Shown in pieces: positions 1 to 13,090 of a stretch of DNA of 64,000 nt. Made by a program: the position numbers and the translations under genes. The notes under the pieces were generated by a model, which saw only the letters and a list, made by a program, of their open reading frames with translations, did not search any database and was not told the DNA's origin. How positions within the stretch are numbered: the stretch's first letter is position 1; the number at the start of each line of letters is the position of its first letter. The DNA comes from Camelus ferus (taxonomy: Eukaryota), in the NCBI RefSeq assembly GCF_009834535.1, contig NC_045696.1, forward strand, positions 84,818,001 to 84,882,000, read 5' to 3'.

Positions 1-965
1 AACTCCAGCTATTGAAAGAATTTGTAATTTGGATGCAATTTTAATTAATATGTGTAAATTATTAACAGATTAAGAAAGTAATTAAAATTCATGTTAAATA
101 TTCTTATTTATGGCTAATATATATGTTCATAACTTTGTAGGACTATATATGCATACATATATACTCATGAACAAAAGAAAATTCAAATATTAATAAATAG
201 AAAAATAGAATGATTGAAGGAAGGTAGCATAAGGACATGTCTCTGGAATAGGGAATATTTTGTTTTCATGTCTACTTGATCTGCTCTGTTTGTCCTGTAT
301 CCCACTGGAGTAATCTATTCATCAGGATTAAACATTCATGAGTCCCTAAAAGCAGGTGTTTAGTTTTTCCACCTCTGAATATGGCAGTTCCAAAAAGGCT
401 TCACAGAAAAAGTGAAGCTTTCATAGGGGAGTGTTTCTTTTTCAAATGTTTAATTAGTTTTCAAGACTCTCACTGAATTTCAATAAAGTTGAGCTATTGA
501 CCAGAACACCTGCTTGGCTTTGAAGACTACTTTCAGTTTAATTTCAGGCATGCTTGTTCACATTTAAGTAAAATTAAAAATTAAAAATATACCAGTAACA
601 TTTAAAAATGAAGACTTTATTTCCTCTAGTTCCTTTGGTACATATTGTTATAACATCCACCTACAGTTATTCACTTGATATTAATATGAATATCATAAGA
701 ATATCTATGGTGTTTTCATTATAATTTAAAATTAATTAAAAGAACTATTAGTTTAAACTGTAATCATTTTCACTCACAATATACAGAAAGACCTTAATAA
801 TTAGTGTTTTTAAAATTATTATTTATAATACACTACCTAGCATCTTTCTTTTAATTATCATTTCCCTTTAAACTTTATCAAATAATGTACAGTGGAATTA
901 AAATATTGTAATACTATTAAAAATTTTTATTCAGTCTAGATAAGTATTTTTAAACCTAGAAAATT

Positions 966-1065
966 NNNNNNNNNNNNNNNNNNNNNNNNNNNNNNNNNNN
1001 NNNNNNNNNNNNNNNNNNNNNNNNNNNNNNNNNNNNNNNNNNNNNNNNNNNNNNNNNNNNNNNNN
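966..1065. other. Assembly gap (100 N)
   Basis: Run of exactly 100 N; conventional placeholder for a gap of unknown size. Confidence 0.99.
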
Positions 1066-1689
1066 TAAAGGGATGGGTAATGCTTCTTTCTTTATCAGTG
1101 ATTAGTTTGTGCTACCAATAAATAATTATTGAATTAATTATTAGTATGGTGTTCTAATTTTAAATAAGCAAACACCTATGAAGTATAAATCTATTCAGTA
1201 TTTTATAAACAGCAATTATAAACTTTCTTATGACTTCATATTTCATATAACTTCAGTGTTTTAAAAACAGATATCCAATTTAAATATTGATATTTATAAA
1301 TGCAGATTAAAATGTGGTATCTTTTACCTTTGTCACTTAGCACTTGCTGTAAGATATGATGGATAAGGTCAGGAGACTCAAAGTCTCATTTTGTTTTTTT
1401 CAGTTATTGTTTATATGAGTCTGAGCAGGTATCATTATTTCTTTAATACAAATTCTGCATCTTGCAATGTTGATAAAATACCTGAATTGTCTTTTTCATG
1501 TCTCCCTCCCCCAGTATTGAATATGGTAGTAGTATTAGGCTATATAATGATATCAAAATGCATGTCATTATCAAAATTAGTATTATTGATATACACTTTC
1601 TCATTAGGTCTATGGATAAGTGGAGAAGGGTATCTAACTGCAGTTAAATCCTTTGCAATATCCTTCCAAATGACACTCTTGATTTCAGT

Positions 1690-2330
1690 CACTCTGCATG
1701 CCATTTCACCTTAGAACATTGCCAGAGTAATCTCACTGTTCATTTTTTATGTTTTTCTTATTGCCAGTAGAAAAAATTCAAAATATCTTACCATTGCAAT
1801 TTGAGCACTTCATAAACTTTCTTCTTCTTTTTTTTTTTTTTTTTTTTGAGGTATAGTCAGTTTACAATGTTGTGTCAATTTCTGGTGTACAGCAATTATA
1901 TACTTTCTTCTTATAACTTCATATAATCTTATCTCTAGCTACTGAATCCTCTTCTGCTTTTCTTTATGTATTTTGTATTTTGTAGGTATCAAACTGCTTG
2001 TTAATATCTGGGTATGCCACCGTCTTTTTTGACTCCCCTTTACTCACAGCCTTCAAAATCACTGAAATAACATAATCTTTTTTTGTTTGTTTGTTGGTCC
2101 ATCAGAATTTACCATCCAAATCCAAGGTCAAATATTTACTCTATCTGGAGATCATGCTACATTTTCTCAAGCCAGATTTAAACACTAACTCCGTAGAGCC
2201 CTCTTACCATTTTGCTTAAACCTTTGCTTACACCTTCTAAATGTGCTTAGTTGTGTTGCACATTTTGTGTTCTGTCACTAGATAATGAACCCTTTGAGAG
2301 CAGGAACCTGTGTTTCTGTAATATGACATA
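1690..2330 (+). mobile_element. Degraded L2 LINE 3' region, interrupted by an L1 micro-insertion
   Basis: L2-like text (gccagagtaatct..., ttcttattgcc...aaattcaaaatatcttacc..., ctagataatgaaccctttgagagcaggaacc); approximate ends. Confidence 0.55.
1828..1894 (-). mobile_element. Extremely 5'-truncated young L1 3' end
   Basis: Poly(T) followed by gaggtatagtcagtttacaatgttgtgtcaatttctggtgtacagca (antisense L1 3' terminus); TSD ACTTTCTTCTT at 1816-1826 and 1902-1912. Confidence 0.85.
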
Positions 2331-3259
2331 AATGCGGAATAGTTTTCTTGCAAACAAACTTGAGTTAAAATCATGAACATTCAAACAGCTGAATGATACT
2401 AAGCGGGTAATTTAACTTTTCTTTATCTTGGTTTGCACACTTACAAAATTGAGATTATAATGCCCAGGGAGAAACTTGTTAATACAAGTAAATTACCATT
2501 TATGTTATTATTATCATTGTTATTATTTTTAAAGCTTGTTGGTTATAGTATTTATAGTATTTATTTGCTTCCACTACCATACTAAATTCAGCACCCTGCT
2601 CAGATATACAGTAAATATTTGTTGAAGAAAATTCTTAGAAATTTGTCTATATGCCTCTTCAGCTGTTTTACATTATCACTTGTTGAAAGGTGTCTACTGA
2701 CTGATCTAGTAGACTCCTAAAGATGGACTATACTTCAAGGACATTTATAGTTAGGTACTGATCTTACGTTTCAGTCAGGAATTGGGTTGCTGGTAAAATA
2801 TTTAAAGCAAAAAGAGCTTGATTTTAAATTTCACTTTAGGTACTAACCAAGTTAAACACTGCGTCAAAGTAAAAGTAATACTCTAATTACTGTGGAGTCG
2901 CTGTTAATCACTTGGTGACACTCTTGCTATTGTATTCCCATCAGGCATGACCTTCCATTCTGCAGAGTCTTCAAAATACTGAATGAACTGGCCATTTATT
3001 GATTATACCTTCATACTAATGCAGTGTAACGTTTCACATGCAATTAGGACACATTGCTTTAAAGAATAAAGTGGCAGAATGAATCCCACTGGGCTGTTAA
3101 AAGGAAAGAACACTGCTAAAAGTATTGAATTCTTTGACATTAAAATAAATACATGTTTTATTGGTAGCACCTACTTTTTTTTTTCAGACTCTTAAAATAT
3201 ATGTTAATTAGGCAATGTGAAGAGCCTAATAGAAAGTCATTGATGAAAAAGGGAACCTC

Positions 3260-3395
3260 AGAAGAGATTACTGTGCTTGGAGTCAGGATGCCCAATTTAG
3301 ACTTTGCTCTACTGCTCGCTGAATGTTTCTTAGAAGGTAGGTTATCCCATGAGCCTCATGATTCTCTGAGTCAAATGAAGAGAATTGACTTGTAA
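3260..3395 (+). mobile_element. MIR-family SINE remnant
   Basis: ttggagtcaggatgcc...ctctactgctc...gagcctcatg...aaatgaagagaattgact resembles MIR core. Confidence 0.5.
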
Positions 3396-4434
3396 CTTCA
3401 ATAATGATTACCAAACTTAAACTTTTGTAATAGAAAGACATTAAGTATATCTGGTACCTATACCTGAATACCCATGTTTTTGTGTATAGGTAGCTGAATC
3501 TATCTACTTACCACATGTATCCCTATATATGTATACCTAGATATAGATATGTTTGCATTGCCATTTGCCTGCATAGATGTAATATCGCTTAACAGTGTTT
3601 GATATACAGTATCACTTTATTCTATAATTTTATTTTTGGAACATAATACACAGTTTAGTCTCCAGTTAAACCATTTGAGGATAATAATGAATAAAGAATC
3701 TTCAGTTTGTAACACATAGAGTCTCGAAAAATGCTCAATGGTTTATTTAGAAAATGTGCTTGAATGCTGTTAAACAAAGATTACCTTATAATTTAAAAAC
3801 ACAAAGCAAACCATTTGATTTAATTGAACTCAAGGGATGCAAGAATCTCCATCTATTTACCATTTCATTGAGTACATAGACTGTTATACGACTGATGGTT
3901 TTTGTGTTTCCAAATGTACTTCAGTCATTACTTTCTAAGCAAAGGATCTTTTACTTCAAGTACTCTTAGATATTGAGCAATAATTATATTTTTCTATTTA
4001 CAATCATACAACATCTTGTGTTAATACATACCTTGTGAGTAAACTTGGTGCAGTGTAGAACCCAAATGAATATAGGCATCAGAAAGTGCAGATCTGTGAA
4101 ATGTTTAAACAGAACATTCATCCCAGGGAGACAACAAGTACATGAATCTGTAATTTATGAACTAAAACTCCAGCATGATGGTTTCTGTACATTAATAGCT
4201 GGTAGCTGAAAATTATAGTCTCAGTTCTTAAATGAGTTACTTGTTATCTTTAGACTTTCTTTTAGGGCACAAAAGTTTCGTAAGTTCTTATCCTCAACTA
4301 ACTTTATATCTTTATTCAGAGATAAAATGATGGAACTTAAAATATTAGTTAATACAAATCGCCAATATATTGGTATGAAATTATTATGTCACAAACTTTA
4401 ATATACTTAGGGAATGCCTAAGGATATTAGTAAA

Positions 4435-4527
4435 ATGCACATTTCTGATTCAGTAAGTTTAAGTGATCTGACAAGTCTTCCAGATGATGAGAAAGCAGTT
4501 GGTCCCTGGCCACACTCTGAGTAGCAA
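4435..4527. mobile_element. MER5-type hAT-Charlie MITE fragment
   Basis: ttctgattcagtaagttt...caagtcttccagatgat...ccacactctgagtagca resembles MER5A half. Confidence 0.5.
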
Positions 4528-4707
4528 AGTATATGCTTTAAATGATGGCTAATAAACTCTATATGTTGAAGGGGTTTACAAGAAAGATAAAATTAAAAGT
4601 CATAAAGAATTTCAAAGGAAGAGAAGGTTTCTTAATAATTAAATTATGCTATGACACTATTAAACATTCACTTAAAAGTGATACATTTTTTACAACCCAA
4701 AACAATG

Positions 4708-4733
4708 GGTGTGTGTGTGTGTCTGTGTGTGTG
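4708..4733. repeat. Interrupted (GT)n microsatellite
   Basis: gtgtgtgtgtgtgtctgtgtgtgtgt seen directly. Confidence 0.9.
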
Positions 4734-7699
4734 TATTCAACTTTTGGTACCTGGATATAAGTTTTTCAGAGTTAAATCACATAATTCCGTTTTTAATTTT
4801 TGAGATGGTTTTATAGACTAACCTGTACATAACAAAGCAGGATCTTTATTTGATTAGCTTGGAGTTGAAAGTGTGATGATACAAAGATGAGAAAATGAGG
4901 AGATGGGTGGTTATTTAAAAATATCACATTAGTATTTCAGTGATTACTTTGAACATAAGTTAATCTGTTTAATTTTTCATATATTGAAAAATAGAGTTAA
5001 AAAGAAAGCTAATTTTCTATTGCTGTCACATTTATTGAAATACCAGCAAAAACCAAAACTAATAAAAAGTATTTACATAATCATTACCAAGTTAATATTA
5101 GTTACTTCAGACTCTGGTGTAATTTCTTCCTCCAGGCTTGGGTGAACAATATTATGATCTTATAAAGAAAATATGCAAAGAAAATGGCCAACACTTTGTA
5201 TTCAAACAACCTGATCTGAAAGTTTCTCCCCATCTCTTTTACTTTCCAGCTATTTGATAATGGACTGGTTATTTAACCAATATTCCCAATGCAAAATAAG
5301 TGATAAATATATTTTATTTTGCTTGCTTATATTCAGTGTAGACATCTATACTGGAACCTTGAAAAAGTTTGTACTAATGTACCTAAGCTTCTGTTAATTG
5401 CCATCTATGAAAAAATCAGATCCTATATGAACTCTCCATTTAGAATAAATGTAGTGGAGGCCCAATTATCTTTTCTATTTGCCATTCCTTTGCTCTTAGA
5501 ATTGATGAAAATAAATACAATTTGTCAAATATCACTGGCTTAGATTAGAATTGAAAATACTATCAAACACTAGGCTTTTATTTTTCTCAGATCTCATTCA
5601 TGCTGTATTCTTTCTCTCTTTGGAAAACGGAACAAGAGATTGATGAAATTTCTTGAAGTGTAAGTTGGATGAAGGGTATCCATCAGACAGGACCCAAACT
5701 ACAGATCTTAGTAGGCTGGGGAGATGTTATATCTTTGGGCACTTTAGTTCATTATGTTTAAGGGACTCGTTAACATGTTTAAGATAGTGACACTAAATTT
5801 CTGGGAAGTTTTGGTATTGCCATTCTAAACATACAGATACACATGTATAAGTGTATATGCATGTTCACATCTGTACACATTTATATTTATATATATGCAT
5901 CTATTTACCTTTTTAATATTTGCACATAATAGATATAACTATATATATTTTAAGTATAGCTGAGTGGTCCCTTAATCATGTCTGCTTGGTTAAAAAATAC
6001 TTAATATAATAGAATACAATATTTATGAATATATTTAAAAACTGGTTTTATGACGTGTATATCCTGCATATTCCAGAATACCCCTCATGAAACATATAGT
6101 GCTTTTTTCCATATATACATTCAATATTATTTTTAATATGTCAGTGACCTTTCCCTGCATTCATTCTTTTCTAAATTCTGGAACGTACTGGTAGGATGTA
6201 AATGTTCCATTTTAAATGCTAATTTAGTTTCAAAATACCAGTCTGCATTCAGCTATCTAGACAAAAGACTTTTTACCATAATATTAGCCCCACATTATTT
6301 TTAAAAAAACTTCCTCAATATGAAGTAAAGTTCTGGTTGAGAAAACTGAAAAGAAAACTACTACTTTCAGAAAAAAAAAATGTTGTTAATACTTTCTTTT
6401 TTTAAATATTGCATAGAATTTTACTTCATATCTACTTTTATATGAAATATCTAAACAATTCCTTCTGATGTAAAAAATTCAGTTTTTAATAACTATAAGC
6501 TTTATATACTTTGACATTAGTCTCTCACATCTCTTCTGAATGTGCCTGTTATTTATTTATATATTAATGTTTAATATGCTTGGCAATTTTATTTTAATCA
6601 AGGAGATTATAATGTTCTTTACCCATTCTTTACATATAATATACAATCATTTTTCCATAATTGAATATTTTCCCAATCAGTCTTTGCACTTAATGATAAT
6701 TACATATCAAGAAACGTATAATGCCAGTGGTAAACCTTTCTAATATTACAATGGATTTTCATATTTAACTTTGAAATATATTTTATGAAAATGTGCATGT
6801 CATTCTTAGATAAAAATGAATTATTTTATACTAGAAAAAAATAGTGTCTTGCTGGTATTATTGTTTTTTATCCCTCTAGCCCTGATCATCTTTAACAGAT
6901 TGTAAACATTCCCCTAGCATACTGTTATGACGTTTTCATTTTTCCATTCCCTTATGACTATTTATGCTGTCATATTGACTATTTAAATTTCTATATTTCA
7001 ATTCAAGCCTAATGTGACAGATATATTTCAGGTATTTTAATCTAACAAGCTTAACATTCAGAATTTAAAAATTTTCTCCTGATTTTTCTGATCTAATAAA
7101 TTCAAATTTATAAAAGCAAACTTGTAACTTGATCTTAGTAATAATGAAAAGAAGATGAAAATTAATATTAAATATTGTTTGAATGAGAATATGAATATCT
7201 GACCTAAACGATGTATCCGAAGAAAATGTTGTTGTTTTAGATCTTTATATACTGTCTTCTGATTTTTATATCCATTGCTTTTTTCCAAATACTATGCTAG
7301 GAGCTGTACCTTTGTGCTCATAATAATTCAATTTTGACATTTACTTTGTTTATTTTTTTCATACTTAGATATCTCTGAAATTGAAATTTTCCTTTGGCTT
7401 TGGGTACAATGATTCATTTCTTGCTGTATTTCAAGGATCATTCATCCATTTACTCCTTTATTGACTATATAACTATTAAGTAACTAATATGTGGAACACT
7501 GTACCACTTACAGGGAGATATAAAGATGAATTAGAAATTGTAAGACTGAATTTTTTTAAACTATTTATTTACCTAAAATAATATAAAACTCAGTGGCCAT
7601 GTGGACTGATTATCTTGTGCATTTATTCTTTTTTTTTCCTTTTTCTTTTTTTGTGGATTACCAAATTTTTTTTTCTTTTCCTGATTTTTATTATTTATT

Positions 7700-8068
7700 T
7701 ATTTTGTTCATTTCTCCTACACCCTTTATCCCACCCCCATCCTCATTCCCAGCTCTGGTAACCACCAATCTATTCTCTGTATCTATGAGCTCTTTCTTTC
7801 TTTCCTTTTCTTTTTCTTTTTCTTTTTTTTAAGAATCCACATATAAGAGTAATCATACAATATTTATTTTTCCTTTTTCTGACTATTTCACTAAGCATAG
7901 TGCTCTCAATGTCCATTCATGATGTTACAAATGGCAGGACTTTATTCTTTTTTATCGTTGAATCACAACTTCTTTATCATTCATCCATTGATGGGCACCT
8001 AGGTTGTTTTCATATCTTGGCTATTATATATAAATAACACTGCAGTGAACATAGCGGTGCATACATCT
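7700..8068 (-). mobile_element. L1 3' UTR/ORF2-end fragment (L1MA-like)
   Basis: ctctggtaaccaccaatctattctctgtatctatgag...ccacatataag...ccattgatgggcacctaggttgttttcatatcttggctatt: typical antisense L1 3' region. Confidence 0.8.
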
Positions 8069-8175
8069 CCTCATTCTTACTCCTTATTTCTAAGTGTCCC
8101 AAATTGATTTATTTATTTGTTCTCTTACAAATAATATATCTTTTTAATCTCCTCTATGTATCTGTAAGAAGAGGT

Positions 8176-8370
8176 AACATAATATGGTGGTTAAAAGAAC
8201 TTAACTCTAAAACGAAATTTACTGTTCAAATTTTATCACTCATTTATATCCAAGTGACACTGAGCAATTCAATTTCTCTCTATACTTCAGTTTTATCATC
8301 AATAAATGGAGATAATAATAAAACTATTTACTTTATAATAATATTTTAATTATTAGATGAATTGATCTAT
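8176..8370 (+). mobile_element. MIR SINE
   Basis: atggtggttaaaaga...gtgacactgagcaa...cttcagttttatcatcaataaatggagataataata MIR core. Confidence 0.7.
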
Positions 8371-8604
8371 TAAATTAGAAAGGTGTGTAGTGTATAGTAG
8401 TGACAAATTGAGTTATTTTTTTATTGTGAAACCTCTAAGCTTCTCTTTGCATTTGAGGGGTGTGATGGATAATGAGTTTTCCTGATTTATAGTTCCCTTT
8501 GCTCATATAATCTGAAAATTTTTGTTGAGTACCTGTTTCAAAGACTCAGTTGGCCTTACCCCATCTACCTTAAAATTTTGCCTAGAAGCTGAACTTATAG
8601 TGAA

Positions 8605-8775
8605 TTCAGCATCAATTTTGGAGCCAGGGACACTTTGAATGAATTCTAGTTTACTTATTAAATATACAACCTCAAGAATATTAAGTTAATATTTATGTCT
8701 TAGTTACCTTGACCATACAAGGGTAATAGTGCCCACTGTTGTATAATTTTTATAAACATAAGTCAAATAACATGA
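8605..8775 (+). mobile_element. MIR SINE remnant
   Basis: ttttggagccagg...gaattctagtttac...tcttagttacc...gggtaatagtgcccac. Confidence 0.45.
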
Positions 8776-10094
8776 AAAAAAAATTTTATCCAGCTCCTGA
8801 CACTGTTGCTTCTTCTCTTTAGCTGTTTCCCGCCAGACTCCTATGTCCTATTGATACCCAATGATATGAAAAGAGTGCTCTTCAATCTAGTTGGATTAAG
8901 GAAAACCATGTCCATGATTTCAGAAGTCTCTGCATGTATACAATTACCAGATACACATGATATTTCCAGAACTAAAGGCTATCTACCTAACAACAACAGA
9001 AGTGGTTTAAAAAGCCATATCCCTTGTTGTGACACAGTCACATAAAGAGATTGACTAGTTATTCCTTCACTAACTATAAAGGATGGAGTGTTGATGTAGT
9101 ACTACACGCACAACTTATTTCTCACTGGTGATGGGCCACACCTGTGAAGGGCCACACTAATTAGAATAAAAAGCAAAGGACAGTTGAAAGTAGTCTATAT
9201 CTGCCTAATACCAGCATAAGTGGATGTAAAATTAAAATATCAATTTAAGACTATGATTGTTTGTTTGCAAATGACAATTGAATACAACCTTTAATTATAC
9301 TTATGTTAATTTGCATATCAACTAAGTTAGTGAGAAGATGTTAATGAGTTTAAGCAGAATGCTTCTAAATAACCTCTGAAGTCTTATAGCAATGACATAG
9401 AATAATCATGACCAAAATTTAAATGTGACACAGAGAACTAAACATATAAGCTACATACACCATTATTTCACAGAACTTATTTTAATATATCAACTTTACT
9501 CATTCTTAATAAATATATATTTTTTTGAAGAAACAGTTTTTCACCTTCACAGGTTTCAAAGCTCACATAAGTTTCCTAGGATTAAATTATATTTCTGCTT
9601 TTTAATACTTACGTATACTTATATCTGCTACAACTAGACTTAGGTATCATTTTAAATATTAAGGATCACGCGTAAAATTTAATTAAAGGATATAGATATA
9701 TAATGTTTGGTATAATCTGCAGTAAGATGTTTAAAACAGTTTTATTTGTTTTATTGTTTTATATTTCATTTTCTTAATTTCTCTCAGGGAACAGAGAATG
9801 AATGTTATTCACCACTTTCTTTTTAACTTAGCATCTAGAAAACTGTAAACTAATTGAAGCAATTTAATAGATAATCTCTTGGTTAATGATTGAAAAAATG
9901 GAGCAAGTGTAGGTTTCTCTTTAAGGAGTACATCTACAGAATATGATGCTAGAGAATTAATAGTTTTCAGCCATCAAGCCTAAATTTATGTCTCATTTTT
10001 AGGGAGTAAGACAGTTTATGGGCATGGATTGGGTGGGAACAGAGGGTGGAGAGACAAACATATGATCGATTGTTACATGGTAGAAGCTTGATTT

Positions 10095-10422
10095 AACTTA
10101 TTCACAAAACAGAGACAGACTCACAAACATAGCAAACAAATTTATGGTTACTAGGGAGGGGAAGGGGTTTATGGAGGGTTAAATTGGGAGTTCAGGATTT
10201 GTAGATACTAACTACTATATATAAAATGGATAGTACAGGTAAACGACTTTAACATGTTTTGTTAAAGTCCTACCAGCACAGGAAACTATATTCAATACCT
10301 CTTAATAGCCCATAATGAAAATGAATGTAAAAAAGAATATATACATATATGTGTAACTAAATCACTATGCTGTACACTGGAAATTAACATAACATTGTAA
10401 ATTGACCATGCTTCAATTAAAA
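10095..10422 (+). mobile_element. Young cetartiodactyl/camelid-type L1 3' UTR
   Basis: aacttattcacaaaacagagacagactcacaaacatag...aaatcactatgctgtacactggaaattaacataacattgtaaattgaccatgcttcaattaaaa. Confidence 0.85.
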
Positions 10423-10793
10423 GCATTCTTTACAGAACATATCTTTACAGTGGAGCCTTACCTTAGACACAGAATTTCCAGATTCCATTTTTACTCCTTC
10501 ATGAAATATGACTGGAAAGAATTTTCTAAACAAGAAAAATGTTAAATCCGAAGTAGACAAAAAGAAATAAATAATACAGGTAAAAATAGAAGTCAGTAAC
10601 ATAGAAAACAGAAAATAATTGACAAGGAAGCCAAAATCTTTTGAAAATATCAATAAAATTGATATGAAGATCCAATCAGCTGTTCTTGCCAATGTAACAA
10701 GGCAAGGAAAATTTAAAGTTGAAAATCTTAAGGAATCTACAGAAATTTTCTAGAAGTAATAGTTGAGTTTAACAGGGCAATATTTAAGGCATA

Positions 10794-10833
10794 GACACAC
10801 AAACATACACACACACACGCGCGCGCGCGCACA
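10794..10833. repeat. Compound (CA)n(CG)n microsatellite
   Basis: acacacacacacgcgcgcgcgcgcac seen directly. Confidence 0.9.
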
Positions 10834-11963
10834 TTACACTAAGAACAAACAGACGGACATTGAAATTGAAAGAGCCATGTAAATAAAACCAAAATATGAA
10901 ACATTTAAAGACAAATTTAACAAAACACGTTAAAGTCGTTTACCTGAACACTGTAAGATATTGCTGACAAAAATTAATGATCATAATAAATGGAGAGATG
11001 AGCCTGTTCATGGACTGGAAGATACCATATTGTTATCATAAATCGTATGTCAACCTATAAAATCAAGACAATTCCAACTATGATTCTAGCAAAACATTTC
11101 ATAGAAGTTGATTTATTCTAGAGTGTATATTGAAATGCAAGTAACTGAGAATAAGCAAAGCAGTTTTCAAAAGAATAAGAATAAGGTGGATGAAGTATAT
11201 TCATTATTAAGCTGTAATAATGAAGAGAGTGTTATGTTTGTGATAAAGATAAACATCTAGCTCAATGAAACAAAATAGATCCACATACATATAGTAAATT
11301 GATTTTTGACAAAGTTGACAAGGTGATTCAACAGGGAAAATTTGGTATTTAAGCATATAGTGATAAAAAAATGGATGTTTATATATAAAGTAAGAAAGAA
11401 ACCTATGCCTTAATCTCCCACATACACAACAATAAATAAAAATGACTCATAGTCCTAAATTAAAAGCTAAAGCTAGAAAACTAGACAACATAAGAGAAAA
11501 ATTTCTGACCTTTATTTTAACAAAGATTTCTGAAATTAAACAGAAAAAAACAATAAAAGAAGAAGTAAATTGGACTTCTGAAACATTTAAAACCTTTGCT
11601 TTCAGAGTACACTTTGAAGAAAATTAGATGACAAACCAAAAACTGGCAGAAAATTTTGCAGGGCAAATTCTGAAGACTGGTGTCCAGAATATACAAATAA
11701 TTCCCTACAACTAAATATTTGAAGAAAATAGTCCTCAAAAAATTGAACAAATATTTTGATAGACATTTCATTGAAGAAAAAAAAGAAATGAGAAATTAGC
11801 AATTGCAAACTTTTTTTTTATCATCAACCATTAGGGAGTTGGGAATAGATACCCCTGCATATCCATTAGATTGGCTGTAATTAGAGATAATCAAAAATAA
11901 GTGTTGCAGAGGATGTGGTGCTAACAGAACTCTCTTTCATGCAGGATGGTATAAAATTGCTGC

Positions 11964-12007
11964 ATTAACACAACATTGTAAATCAGCTATACTTCAATTT
12001 TTTTTTT
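11964..12007 (+). mobile_element. ~35-bp young L1 terminal fragment nested in the old L1M
   Basis: attaacacaacattgtaaatcagctatacttcaa then T-run; flanked by aattgctgc / aatgctgc. Confidence 0.7.
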
Positions 12008-12889
12008 AATGCTGCCGGTACTTTGGAAAGAATTTTGACAAATTAATTTGGCATGAAATTAATATTTGACCTAGCAGTCATGCTTCTATATATTTACCTA
12101 AAAGAAATAAAAACAATGTCCACACAAATAATTGTCCTTAAATGTTCATAGCAACTTTATTCATAATAGAGAAAAACTCTTGAAAATATCCCAGATAGTT
12201 AAGCCAGTTGTATCCATAAGTAGACTTCTACTCAGCAATTAACAAGAACAAACTATTGATGAATGGAACAAGTATGGACAAAAAAAGCATTATACTAAGT
12301 GACAAAAGCCAAGCATAAGACCCTGCATACTGTATGATTCCATATAAATGAATATTCTAGAAGAGTAAAAACTCTATTGACAGTGATTGCTGACGGGCCC
12401 CAGGTTGGGAGATAGGGTAGAGGCCTGATTGCAGAAGAATACGAAGGAGGTTTTTAGGTGATAGAAATGTTCAGTCTTATGATTCTGGTGCATTTACATA
12501 AAGTGTACATTTTTCAGAACTCATCTAATTGTTAAACTTGGTGAATTTTATTTTATATAAATTATACTTCAATAGAGGTAATTTAAAACGTAATAAGAAT
12601 GTCCAGAAGTTCTTGCTGTGTTGTGTATGTCCAACAGCAGGGGAATATGTACATAGAGACACGTGTCATCGCAGCATTCAGTGGTAGACAAAAATCTGCC
12701 TTTGCCCTTCTCTACCCCACTTTAGGGGAGTACCTCTTTAACATATTAGTTAAAATGTTCCCTTTTCAATGCCATTCTCTGAAACTTCATTATTTTTGCC
12801 CAGAAGTATCCCTTCAACTCTTCCTTTGCTTCAAAAAAAATTGAGACCTTTTCCTTCACAATCAAACTTATCTTCCATAAAAGTGTTTA

Positions 12890-13090
12890 ACTAAAAATTG
12901 AGTGTCCACTATATGCCAAGATAGTGAATTGGGCACTTTCACTTACATTTTTTTCTCTTAATCTAAATAATGCTTCTTTGAGACACACATTGTTATTTCC
13001 AGTTCAGGGCAATAGTAGCCAAGGTGAGGAATCTATAGAGGTTCAGTGGCATCTTAGTATTACCAGTTCGTAAGCACTCGGATTGTTCCA
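12890..13090 (-). mobile_element. MIR SINE remnant
   Basis: attgagtgtccactatatgccaag...gcactttcacttacatt...gtgaggaatctatagaggttcagtggc. Confidence 0.5.

Larger units (their letters stand above)
10520..12575 (+). mobile_element. Old L1M (L1MB/L1ME-like) ORF2 remnant and 3' UTR
   Basis: Decayed ORF2 motifs (taaatggagagatg..ctgttcatggactggaaga; ttgatttttgacaaag; gtgtccagaatatacaaataattc) and 3' end tactgtatgattccat...ataaattatacttcaata. Confidence 0.85.

Noticed and set aside
1391..1714. 107-aa ORF
   Set aside because: TTG start, hydrophobic bias explained by T-richness, overlaps decayed L2, no homology recognised
9760..10010. Strong splice acceptor at 9787 (also 8822 and 24709)
   Set aside because: No convincing paired donor or reading frame; lone acceptors are common in T-rich DNA
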